Positions 50,130 through 59,378 of a stretch of DNA of 64,000 bases are shown piece after piece. The notes below the pieces were generated by a model that was not told the DNA's origin, ran no database searches, and saw only the letters and a list, made by a program, of their open reading frames with translations. A program made the position numbers and the translations under genes. Source of the DNA: a virus; IMG/VR virus record IMGVR_UViG_3300028840_004184, positions 96,001-160,000 of that record. One strand, given 5' to 3'. The stretch's first letter is position 1, and every line of letters begins with the position of its first letter.

Positions 50130-50206
50130 TGGCACGGGGAGCAGGATTCGAACCTGCATTATTCAGCTTCAAAAGCTGATAGGTTAGCCAATTACCTCAT
50201 CCCCGC
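50130..50206 (-). tRNA. tRNA-Gln(UUG)
   Basis: Cloverleaf; anticodon arm TCAGC-TTTTGAA-GCTGA; TTCGAAT T-loop; CCA encoded. Confidence 0.9.
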
Positions 50207-50605
50207 TTTATCCATTTGCGTATTGTGTTGCTACTTACGCCATATTTGGTTGCTGTTTTTTCATAATTGGTTGCTTTGATTTCTTCTGTCAATACCTCGA
50301 TCGATGGTCTTTGTGTCTTTCTTCTTGATTTATCAAAGCATGTTTTACATAATCCTGTTAATCAGTATTTCATTTAATGGTCTTGGTTTACCTATTTTTT
50401 CAGTACGTTTTTTATTAGCCCTTTTTCTAAGTTCAGAGATGTCTATGTTGTCGTAATTGACCCTATTTATAAAAGTGCGGAAATTTCCACCCTTATTTAA
50501 TAGGCCAAAATGTTTCAAAACATCACTTATAGTATCAGAGACAGATATAATTTCAATAAGGCGATCTCTTGGTATCTTCCATATGATACTTCTTCGTTTA
50601 CGCAT
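50199..50605 (-). pseudogene. Internally deleted HNH endonuclease remnant in the tRNA cluster
   Basis: Typical N-terminus (50345-50605) plus an out-of-frame C-terminal GLCKTC...KYGVSSNTIRKW HTH; no HNH core. Confidence 0.6.
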
Positions 50606-50676
50606 ACATAACCCTTTTATTATGAAGCAAAAAAAATTATACTGTGCAGTAGAATTCTACTGAGCAGTGGAATAAT

Positions 50677-50750
50677 TGGTGGGCGGAGAAGGAATCGAAC
50701 CTCCGTGGGTAGGTCTTCAGCCTACAGCCTTACCACTAGGCTATCCGCCC
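50677..50750 (-). tRNA. tRNA-Phe(GAA)
   Basis: GTAGG-CTGAAGA-CCTAC; ACCA end. Confidence 0.9.
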
Positions 50751-50752
50751 AT

Positions 50753-50828
50753 TGGTGGACCGTGTAGGACTTGAACCTACCACCTACCGCTTAAAAGGCG
50801 GTTGCTCTACCTGATGAGCTAACGGTCC
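50753..50828 (-). tRNA. tRNA-Lys(UUU)
   Basis: ACCGC-CTTTTAA-GCGGT; ACCA end. Confidence 0.93.
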
Positions 50829-50883
50829 AGGTAGTTAAATTTTCGCCTATATTTCTTCATTATGTAGCCTCTTTTTTGAGTTT

Positions 50884-50957
50884 TGGAGGCTCTGGGAGGA
50901 ATCAAACCTCCGTACAGCGGTTAACAGCCGCACGCTAAGTCACTCAGCTACAGAGCC
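50884..50957 (-). tRNA. tRNA with Asn anticodon (GUU) and atypical, Cys-like body
   Basis: GCGG-CTGTTAA-CCGC; G1-C72; U73; TCCA end. Confidence 0.8.
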
Positions 50958-50964
50958 TTGTGTT

Positions 50965-51041
50965 TGGTAGCCCCACCAGGACTCTAACCTGGAACTTACG
51001 GTTTAGAAGACCGTTACTCTATACGGTTGAGTTATGGGGCT
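50965..51041 (-). tRNA. tRNA-Arg(UCU)
   Basis: ACGGT-CTTCTAA-ACCGT; ACCA end. Confidence 0.9.
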
Positions 51042-51047
51042 TTAGAA

Positions 51048-51497
51048 TTATTTTTTCGGAAAAACAGCACATATACCATCTAGATGATCTATCTCGTGCT
51101 GAATTATTCTAGCAATGTTTTTGTCATCGAACCAGGCAGTATGACATTCAAAGTTTTGATCATAGTATTTAACACTAACTTTGGGATATCTTTTAACAAA
51201 AGAATGTGTGCCTGGTAAACTTAGGCACCCCTCATGAGACCTAAAAGTGTTGCCGTCTCTGTCAATGATCTCTGGATTAATCAGAACTAATTCGCTCTTT
51301 CTCTTTGGTGGTCTTGGATTTATAACGCACAGCCTTACTAACCACCCCACTTGTGGTGCAGCCAAACCGACTCCACCATAGGCGTAAGTTAAATTAAATA
51401 TTTGTCGAATTTTTTCTTCCAGATTCGTAACCTGGTTTTTCTCAAGTAGTTCTGCTTTTTTGAAGAGGTCTTGATGCGGATAAAGTAAAATTTGCAT
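51048..51497 (-). CDS. def: Peptide deformylase
   Basis: GVGLAAPQVG, EGCLS, QHEIDHLDG. Confidence 0.96.
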   Translation of the reverse strand: MQILLYPHQDLFKKAELLEKNQVTNLEEKIRQIFNLTYAYGGVGLAAPQVGWLVRLCVINPRPPKRKSELVLINPEIIDRDGNTFRSHEGCLSLPGTHSFVKRYPKVSVKYYDQNFECHTAWFDDKNIARIIQHEIDHLDGICAVFPKK

Positions 51498-51630
51498 ATT
51501 TGTGTCCTTTTCAGTTATATCAGCTAAAATGATTTATTTGAACATTATTTTTTTTAAAAAAATTTTATGCTATAAAATTATGCTGATCCTATGCTTGTGT
51601 GTACCATTTAATACGTAAAATATTTTTTAC

Positions 51631-51896
51631 TTGACTTTTGGGTATTTTCTGGTATCACTATAATAGCCGCCGTGAGGCGGCCTAGGCTTAGCCATCGGCC
51701 AAGCCGTTAAGTCTAGATGTGCTCTTAACAAAAACTTCTCCATAACCTAAAAATATAGGGGGTAAAAAGAGCACATCAAAGTCTAGAAACCTAATCTAGG
51801 TTTATCAACTATTATATCAAAGATTTTCCAAAAGTCAACAAAAAAAGTGAAATAATTTTATAAATTACTTGACTTTACGTATTATTATGATATAAT
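51631..51896. promoter_or_regulatory. Divergent promoter region between the - and + blocks
   Basis: - strand TTGACT-N16-TATAAT (51838-51811); + strand TTGACT-N16-TATAAT (51869-51896). Confidence 0.7.
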
Positions 51897-52027
51897 ACTA
51901 TTGTTGACAGAGGGAAAGAACATATCGTTGATACACACATCTTAAATCTTCGTTTTATAATTCTGTCTTTTATTTTTAGTGTATATTTAATTTGGATATA
52001 TACATTTTTATTTTTTGAGGTAGGATT

Positions 52028-52522
52028 ATGTCTGAGCAAAATGAACCTAGGTATAAGGTTATAATGATTCCTGAAGATAATGTCACGCAGATGTCGGAAA
52101 CAAAGTTCGAACCTGGCAAGGGCGAAACTTTGGTTTTTGTTAAAATAGTGGCCATGAATCAGCCGTGTATTAAAAGCAGGAACCATGATATCCCGAGTGC
52201 TTTCGCTGATAAGGGGCATTTGGTATTTGGCGAGGTTGATGAGGTTCGTAGATTTTTGGTTGATATGCTAAATGAGACAATGGATCAGGCGAAGAAAGAT
52301 GCCGAACTAAATCCATAAGGAGGAAGGATGGAGCCTAATAGGAGTTACGCACAACCTAGTCCGGAGGCAAAAGAGTTTGATAATGTCGAGGACAGATCAA
52401 ATGCTTCCGAAGCAGACACGAAGAAAAGGCGTGCTAAGGCCATGGCCGATCACGAAGTCCAGGTTAACGATGAGGACCGTAAGCCGTTGATTACTTCGCG
52501 TGATGAGGTGGAGGACGGGTAA
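52028..52522 (+). CDS. Two hypothetical ORFs (52028-52318, 52328-52522)
   Basis: GAGG/AGGAGG RBSs. Confidence 0.6.
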
Positions 52523-53143
52523 TTGGTTAACGGTAGTGGTATTGCTGCCTGGCGTAGTAGTGAAGGTTTGTATAGTCAGACTAGTGGTGTTATAGATAAT
52601 ATTATACATCATTATCTTATTATACAAAGAATAACAATTCCAGACATGGATGCTGAGGATATTGCACAAGAAATACGATTTAAGTGTATACAAGCCCTTC
52701 TATCACCCAAGTTTGACCCAGATAAAGTTGGGACATCTCCGTATAGTTTTTTACATCGTGTTATTCATAATCATGTTTATAATCTCAAGAGGGGTGTATG
52801 GACTGTAAACAACCCACCGTGTGTCAGGTGTGAGTATTGGGATAAAGATGTTAGAAAATGCTTGGCACAAGTTAATCATTGTGATAAAATGTTAGCTTAT
52901 CAAGATGATATGCAGAAGAAGGCCGCGTTACGCACTCCTGTTGGGTTTGAGAAGGATTATGTGGAAAATCAAGCCTTCGAGGTTAGTTCTATAGATGACT
53001 ATATTCTAGATGACCATGTTATTAGTAGATTGCCCGAGAATCTACGCAGCTTTTATATTGATTTAAAAAAGGGGCTTGATATACCTCATCTTATACGTAA
53101 AGAATTGCGTCGTCGTATTATGAGAATTATTAAGGAGGATTAA
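52523..53143 (+). CDS. Phage sigma70-like factor (region 2) with a Cys-rich insert
   Basis: DAEDIAQEI...AL...KFDPDK...YSFLHRVIHNHVYNLKR; CVRC...C...C. Confidence 0.65.
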   Translation: MVNGSGIAAWRSSEGLYSQTSGVIDNIIHHYLIIQRITIPDMDAEDIAQEIRFKCIQALLSPKFDPDKVGTSPYSFLHRVIHNHVYNLKRGVWTVNNPPCVRCEYWDKDVRKCLAQVNHCDKMLAYQDDMQKKAALRTPVGFEKDYVENQAFEVSSIDDYILDDHVISRLPENLRSFYIDLKKGLDIPHLIRKELRRRIMRIIKED

Positions 53144-53296
53144 TAGTGTGTCTTGTGTATGAGGTTTTTGATTGTGGTCAGGGGGTACACTATAGTTTGA
53201 TGGATGGTCGTTGTATTGAAGCTAGTCAGGACGTTGACACTTCTTATATCTATCACTGTTCTTGTAGTGAGTGTGAGATTTTGAGAGAGGAGATGC

Positions 53297-54121
53297 GTGA
53301 ACAAAGTGGCATCGAAGAGATTTGATCCAGAAAGAATCAGAGAGCTTTTTAATGAAGGCTTTGATGATAAAAGAATAGCATTACAACTTGGTCATAATGC
53401 TGTTAATGCCTGGCGAACGGTGCAGAGAATACGTATCAAAAATGGCTGGACTAGGAAGCGTGGTGTTAAAAAGAAGCCGTCGAATCCAGTTGATAATAGC
53501 TCATCTCCTGTGAATCAAAACATTAAAAAAACTGCTATCGCTGATTTTAGTCGCATGAATCCCGATGAGCGAGTTGATTTTTTACGTGAGCGTTTTAAAA
53601 AGAGTGCTAGATTCAGTCGTTTTTCTAAGACGATGAGTGAGGACGAAATGGAGGTGTTTCAGGAGGAATACTTTAATATTATACGTGATATAGATGATGT
53701 TAGTCTGACAGAAGAGCAGGCCTTGTTTTTTGCAATATATGATTTGATATTAGCTATGCGTGCTCAGGTTCGTCGTCAGGAAGAGGAAGATATATTAGAC
53801 AGGTGTAGAAGCGGCGAAATACCTCAGGTTGATCTACGCTATATTGTTACTATTGATGATAGGTGGGATAAGGAGTATAATAGTCATATTAAGTCTTATA
53901 AGGAATTTATTGATAATCTTAAGTTGTCGCGTAAACAGCGTTTGGATAAACAGAAAAAAACGAAGAAAACAATTTTAGATTTTGTTGTAGAATTGGCTGA
54001 TCACGACAACCAGACTTCTGTAGCAGAAACTATTAGACAATTGGAAAAAGAAAGCGATGCTGAGTTGTCACGTCTAGTGGAGAACGATCTGTTATTGGGG
54101 TATTTTGAGGGAGCTAAGTAG
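53297..54121 (+). CDS. HTH-containing helical protein, possibly the small terminase subunit
   Basis: N-terminal HTH (DKRIALQLG); upstream of the packaging genes. Confidence 0.4.
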   Translation: MNKVASKRFDPERIRELFNEGFDDKRIALQLGHNAVNAWRTVQRIRIKNGWTRKRGVKKKPSNPVDNSSSPVNQNIKKTAIADFSRMNPDERVDFLRERFKKSARFSRFSKTMSEDEMEVFQEEYFNIIRDIDDVSLTEEQALFFAIYDLILAMRAQVRRQEEEDILDRCRSGEIPQVDLRYIVTIDDRWDKEYNSHIKSYKEFIDNLKLSRKQRLDKQKKTKKTILDFVVELADHDNQTSVAETIRQLEKESDAELSRLVENDLLLGYFEGAK

Positions 54122-54124
54122 ATT

Positions 54125-54910
54125 ATGGTTTGGACAAGTAATTATGTAGTATTAGATACTGAGACCACTGGTCTTTCTAAAAATCCGCTTGCTGAGGTTA
54201 TTGAAGTTGGTGTGATCGCCTTAGATAGAAATGGTTTGTCTGAGATAGGTAGATTCCAGTCTCTTATTAAACCAGCAAATATTGATTTAAATAAACCGTT
54301 ACCGGATTGGTCTAAGAAGGCTTTTGAGAAGCATCAGATATCTGTTGAAGAATTGATGGTTGCACCATCTCCCGAAGATGTGTGTCATAAGATTATTGGT
54401 TTGTTGAAAAAATTAAGCAAGCCTATTCTGGTTGGACAGAATATCGATTTTGATGTTCGTATGCTAAGAAGACTTTTTAGGTCCTGTGATGAGGATTTTG
54501 ATGAATACTTTTTTAGCCCTATAATAGATTTGTATTCTATTTCTTACATGTTTTGGCGTGACGATGCTGATATGCCTAATGTACAACTTGGCACGGTTGC
54601 TGAAAAACTAAAGATTAAGCCGGGTGAGGCACATCGTGCGTTAGGGGACTGTGAGACATCTGTGCCTGTATTTAAGAAGTTTATGGATTTTATTGGTCAG
54701 TATGCTGGTGTTATTTCTGATGTAAAAATAAAAGACCCCAAGCGGATGACTGGGAAGTATGCTTGTCCTATGTGTGGTTATGGTCTATCATTGCGGACGG
54801 CCAAGAGGGGCGTTAATAAGAATAATAAATTTTATGGATGTAAGGGATTTCCTTCATGTCGTTTTACGTGTCAGTTGAATGAGATTGAGCAATACGAGAG
54901 GAATGAATAA
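54125..54910 (+). CDS. DEDDh 3'-5' exonuclease (DnaQ-like) with a topoisomerase-type C4 zinc ribbon
   Basis: LDTETTGL, GQNIDFD, HRALGD; CPMCG...FYGCKGFPSC. Confidence 0.9.
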   Translation: MVWTSNYVVLDTETTGLSKNPLAEVIEVGVIALDRNGLSEIGRFQSLIKPANIDLNKPLPDWSKKAFEKHQISVEELMVAPSPEDVCHKIIGLLKKLSKPILVGQNIDFDVRMLRRLFRSCDEDFDEYFFSPIIDLYSISYMFWRDDADMPNVQLGTVAEKLKIKPGEAHRALGDCETSVPVFKKFMDFIGQYAGVISDVKIKDPKRMTGKYACPMCGYGLSLRTAKRGVNKNNKFYGCKGFPSCRFTCQLNEIEQYERNE

Positions 54911-55806
54911 TGAAGATTGCTGTATTGGCTGCTTTTCATAGCCTAGATAAAGGATGGTCGTGCCCGTTGTCATTAATTAATCAGCTTGAATCTATGGGAC
55001 ATCAGGTGATTATGTTCAATCTTTATCAGCTTAATAATGAGAATGTTGGTGTCAGTTATACCGACAATGGCTTGAAGAAATTTTTAGATCAGCAAAATGA
55101 TTTTGATTTATTCTTGCATATGGATTATGGTATGTTTTATAGTCCCCTTTTAAAAGATGTTAAGATTCCTTCTATAGGTGAAATGGGTGATGATCCTCAG
55201 GCATTTTCACGTAATTTGCCTAAAGCGAATTTTTTCGATTTAGTTTTTTCGCCTGACAAACGCTGTGTTCAACAGTATAAAAATCATGGGATCAAAGCTG
55301 TGTGGCTTACGCATTGGGCCGATCCGTCTATTCATATGCCTATTTCTGATATAGTCCCCGACAAATTTGTTGTTACTACTTGTGAGACCGGCAGGGGGAA
55401 CGGCATGATAAATATAATGCGTCAGCAACTTGGTGGTGATATTTGGCTAGATGATAGATATTATTACGCGTTTGAACATACAAAATTTATGCATCGTGGA
55501 CATGTTGTTTTTCAAAAAAGTCAATGGGGTGAGATCACACGCAGGCCGTTTGAGGCCGCAGCGTGTAGAAAAATGGTTATGCTTGATGAACTAGAGGCTG
55601 ATACTGGCATTAAAAACATATTCAGGGATGGTGTAGACGCGGTATATTATCATAGCTGGGAAGATGCTGTTGATAAAATCAATTATTATAAAAGCAGACT
55701 AGATGAAGTAGCAGATATAGCAAAAAGTGGGTACGAAAGGGTGATTAGCGGACATACCGTCGAGCACCGTGCTAATCGTATTCTTGATTTAGTGGAGACA
55801 TTATAA
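54910..55806 (+). CDS. GT-B glycosyltransferase (CgeB/Glyco_trans_1_2-like)
   Basis: GDDPQ, HWADP..H.P, RRPFEAAAC, IAKSGYERV...HT..HR. Confidence 0.8.
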   Translation: MKIAVLAAFHSLDKGWSCPLSLINQLESMGHQVIMFNLYQLNNENVGVSYTDNGLKKFLDQQNDFDLFLHMDYGMFYSPLLKDVKIPSIGEMGDDPQAFSRNLPKANFFDLVFSPDKRCVQQYKNHGIKAVWLTHWADPSIHMPISDIVPDKFVVTTCETGRGNGMINIMRQQLGGDIWLDDRYYYAFEHTKFMHRGHVVFQKSQWGEITRRPFEAAACRKMVMLDELEADTGIKNIFRDGVDAVYYHSWEDAVDKINYYKSRLDEVADIAKSGYERVISGHTVEHRANRILDLVETL

Positions 55807-56604
55807 ATGACCTTGCCCAGGATACCTGACGGACAAGCAATTGACAGGAACAAACAGGTTTATAGAGATATCATCGATCCATATTGTGAGCCTGGTCTTA
55901 TTTCTATTATGTTTCTGGGGTGTGGTAGACATAATGTGACACGGATATCACTTGATAAACTTTTGTTGTCGTTGAGAAAATATGATGGTCCGACTGAATG
56001 GGTTTTTCTAGAGCAGGGATGGGATATTGATAATGATGGTGCCACTAAGAATCTGACGTTATTTAAGAATATCAGTTCTTTGTTAGATAGGTCTATTATT
56101 TTGTGTCCAAATAGGAATTATGGTATTAATGTAGCTATTAATCAAATGAATAGTGTGGCGAGAGGACAATATTCTTTATTGATCGAAAATGATTGGATGT
56201 GTCATCAAACTACGTCAAAATGGTTATATGATAGTAAGCAAATTTTAGATGAGTATCTTAATATCGGTGTTGTCCAGCTTCGTGCCATAAATGATCCTAA
56301 CGATAACTACGGTGTGGGAAAAGTCATGTTTAATCCTTTTTCTATACCTATGTGCGAGCATGTTGCCGAACTTGTCGTTTCTTGTGGTACAAAATTTTTA
56401 TTAGCTAATCATAAGTTTGCTGGTATTAATAACAACCCTAGTTTAATTCGTAAAGAAGTTCATCTTGAGCTTGGTTTTATGCGTGAGCCCGAACTGTGGT
56501 CTGACCTTAGGCATGGTGAGACTGATAGAGAAAAGAAGTATATGCAAACAAATTGGAAAACAGCACATTTGATAGATGATGTTTTTTTTCACTACAAACC
56601 GTAG
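55807..56604 (+). CDS. GT-A (family 2-like) glycosyltransferase
   Basis: NYGINVAIN...ARGQYSLLIENDW. Confidence 0.7.
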   Translation: MTLPRIPDGQAIDRNKQVYRDIIDPYCEPGLISIMFLGCGRHNVTRISLDKLLLSLRKYDGPTEWVFLEQGWDIDNDGATKNLTLFKNISSLLDRSIILCPNRNYGINVAINQMNSVARGQYSLLIENDWMCHQTTSKWLYDSKQILDEYLNIGVVQLRAINDPNDNYGVGKVMFNPFSIPMCEHVAELVVSCGTKFLLANHKFAGINNNPSLIRKEVHLELGFMREPELWSDLRHGETDREKKYMQTNWKTAHLIDDVFFHYKP

Positions 56605-56611
56605 GTATTAT

Positions 56612-57094
56612 ATGGGTAGCAAGAAGGAAAGAGAATTCACTGTAGCTGTTGACACCAGGGAAAAAATTCCATTATGGGATGTAGATGATAAAAAATTTTT
56701 CATAGTACACCAGAAGGTAGATGCTGGTGATTATGCGTTTGCTGATGATGAAATAAAGCACCTTATAACTATTGAACGCAAGAAAAGCTTTAATGAGTTA
56801 TATGCTAATTTTACACGACACCGTGAACGTTTTTACAATGAAATTAACAGGATGAAAAAGTATAAGAGGCGTTTCATTGTTATCGAACAAAATGCTTCTG
56901 ATGCACTTAATCCTTTTTCATATAGAACGACCGCAAGTAAACGCAGAGCTGCTATTGCTATTGTTTTGTCGTCAATTATTAATTTGATGCTTCTGCATGA
57001 TGTACATGTTGTGTTTGCTGGTGATAGTGCCAAGTCTATTATTAGGCAGCTTTTTGTTAAGACATATGAATATTATAAAAAAAATAAGTTATAG
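56612..57094 (+). CDS. ERCC4-domain nuclease
   Basis: VDTREK, GDY, IERKKS...F..EI.RM; likely start MGSKK. Confidence 0.85.
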   Translation: MGSKKEREFTVAVDTREKIPLWDVDDKKFFIVHQKVDAGDYAFADDEIKHLITIERKKSFNELYANFTRHRERFYNEINRMKKYKRRFIVIEQNASDALNPFSYRTTASKRRAAIAIVLSSIINLMLLHDVHVVFAGDSAKSIIRQLFVKTYEYYKKNKL

Positions 57095-57105
57095 GAGGCG
57101 AAGCC

Positions 57106-57345
57106 TTGGACGGTGAGGAACTGAGGAGTAGATTGCGTCGTATAAAAACTGTTATCATCGAAGCTGACAGACGTGCCGACGAAGCGGTTAAAGCTAGAGA
57201 CGATGCATTTTCTGAGTTGCTGTCGCGATTGAATCAAAAACATGATGAAGCTGTTAGAATAGTCCAAATAGCTCGTTACGAGGCTGTTTTTAAAAGTTTA
57301 TTAAAGAATGAGAACGAAGAGAATGAAGAGGAGTTCGGTGGGTAG
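57106..57345 (+). CDS. Hypothetical coiled-coil protein
   Basis: AGGAGG RBS, TTG start. Confidence 0.55.
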   Translation: MDGEELRSRLRRIKTVIIEADRRADEAVKARDDAFSELLSRLNQKHDEAVRIVQIARYEAVFKSLLKNENEENEEEFGG

Positions 57346-57347
57346 AT

Positions 57348-59315
57348 ATGCCAGCTATTTGCACCGATGAGGTTTTAGATGTTTTTGATTCGGAAAGCAC
57401 GCCCGTACATGCCATGGTACGAATGGGGCAATTTTCGTGGACATGGTTGATCTCCCAGATATACCGTAATCAGAGGGGCAAACCTCTCCGGTTGCTACCC
57501 TTTCAGTCTGTGATGTTTGATATTCTATGGAATAAGAAATTTCCTATGATTATGGCATCTCGTGGCGGTGGGAAGACTTTTTTGCTTGGATTATATGCCT
57601 TAACCCGTGCTATTTTTTGTCCTGGTAGTAAAATTATTATTGTTGGTGCTGGCCTTAGGCAGTCTGCTAAAGTATTTTCTTATGTCCAGGATTTGTACAA
57701 TCAGAGCCCCATTATACAAGAGGCATTGCATCATTTCGGTGGGCCGAGAATTGTTACTACCGGGCCGTATATTAAGGTTGGGGAGTTATCTAGTATTATA
57801 GCGTTGCCTATCGGCGATGGGGAAAAAATTAGAGGTCAAAGAGCTACTCATATATTGTGTGATGAGTTTGGATCGATCCCGGAAGCGATTTATGAAACTG
57901 TTATCAGTCCTTTTGCATCTGTACATGCTGATCCAGAAGAAAGGGTTATGGTTGAGAATTTCTGCTCAAGAGTAGGGGGGCTAGGTGCTGATGATGCATT
58001 GCTGGATAAAATACGCGAGATACAGGGCTATGGAAACCAGATAGTTATTTCAGGTACTGCAACATATGAGTTTAATCATTTTTATCGAAATTATATGTCA
58101 TATAAGATGATTGCAGATTCGCACGGAGATCCCGAGCTTATTCGAAAAGCTATGGAGTATAGACGTAGAACAGATATGCATTCTAATGTTGGGGAAATAG
58201 ATCCAGAGACCATCAAAATCTTATCAAAGGGATGGAAGAACTATGCTATTCTTCAGATGCCTTATCAACATATTCCCGCTGGATTTTTAGATAATGAAAT
58301 TATTGCTAAGGACAAGGCGACATTTTCATCTGTAAGGTTCGGCATGGAGTACGAATGTAAATTTGCTAAAGATTCTGATGGCTTCATTAAGAGGTCCTCT
58401 ATTTTTGATGCCACACCTCAGGACGAGGCTGCTTTCGATATAGAGCTATATGGAGAAGATGGCTTTGATTATGTTATGGGTCTTGACCCAGGTAGACATA
58501 ATGATAATTTTGGCCTTGTTGTATTGAAGCTTATACCAGGTGGTTCTAAATTAGTATATGCGGACGCGTGGCACGGAAAGGCCTCTCCTCAGACTGGGCG
58601 GAAGATACGCCAGATTATGAACCGCTTCAATATAGTCAGAATAGCAATGGATAAGGGTGGTGGCGGTGACTACGTGTCTGATATTTTAGCGTTGCGGGAG
58701 CTATGCGAGGAGGGCGAGCTACCTATTTTTCTTGTTAGGGAGCAAATAGAGAACAAAGCGATGCTTGGTGAAGAGGGGTATCATATTCTTGAGTTGGTTA
58801 GTTGGCAGGGTTGGATTTCTCAGGCTGCTCATAGTATTAGTGGTGATATTCAGCATAATCGTTTGTTGTTTCCCACATATCCTGATATTGAGCGTATTTA
58901 TGCCAAGTATGCTACCCATGTATTGAGGCATAGGCGAGCAATGTCTGATGAGGAAAAAATTGAAGTTGATATAATGGTTTTTGGGAAGGATAATGAGGAT
59001 TTTGAAAAGGTCCAGCTTGGTGTGTGGGACAACGTAGAGGCCACGGTGGATGAAACATGTGCGATCCAGTTAATGGTTACTCCTGGTGGCGTTGAGAAGT
59101 TTGAGTTGCCTCCTTTAGCTGAGCAGCCAGATGGTATGGATATACGTAGGCGTGATAGATGGTCGGCTCTTGTGTTAGCGGCTTATGCAGCAAGGGTTTA
59201 TAGAAACCAAGAGCGAACCAATAAGCCTTTGCCGCCCGGAGGATCTCCCAGTTCTATTTTGTCTGGTAAGAAACGATATAGAAAGGTGAGGAGAAAAGGA
59301 AGTGTTATGTACTAG
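57348..59315 (+). CDS. terL: Terminase large subunit
   Basis: LLPFQ, Walker A SRGGGKT, IRGQRA..ILCDEF Walker B, nuclease MGLDP...D and RRDRWSA. Confidence 0.92.
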   Translation: MPAICTDEVLDVFDSESTPVHAMVRMGQFSWTWLISQIYRNQRGKPLRLLPFQSVMFDILWNKKFPMIMASRGGGKTFLLGLYALTRAIFCPGSKIIIVGAGLRQSAKVFSYVQDLYNQSPIIQEALHHFGGPRIVTTGPYIKVGELSSIIALPIGDGEKIRGQRATHILCDEFGSIPEAIYETVISPFASVHADPEERVMVENFCSRVGGLGADDALLDKIREIQGYGNQIVISGTATYEFNHFYRNYMSYKMIADSHGDPELIRKAMEYRRRTDMHSNVGEIDPETIKILSKGWKNYAILQMPYQHIPAGFLDNEIIAKDKATFSSVRFGMEYECKFAKDSDGFIKRSSIFDATPQDEAAFDIELYGEDGFDYVMGLDPGRHNDNFGLVVLKLIPGGSKLVYADAWHGKASPQTGRKIRQIMNRFNIVRIAMDKGGGGDYVSDILALRELCEEGELPIFLVREQIENKAMLGEEGYHILELVSWQGWISQAAHSISGDIQHNRLLFPTYPDIERIYAKYATHVLRHRRAMSDEEKIEVDIMVFGKDNEDFEKVQLGVWDNVEATVDETCAIQLMVTPGGVEKFELPPLAEQPDGMDIRRRDRWSALVLAAYAARVYRNQERTNKPLPPGGSPSSILSGKKRYRKVRRKGSVMY

Positions 59316-59378
59316 TTTAGTGTATATCCTTGAGTAGATAGCATATAAGCATTTCTTGGCGAAAGGATTAAAATAATA

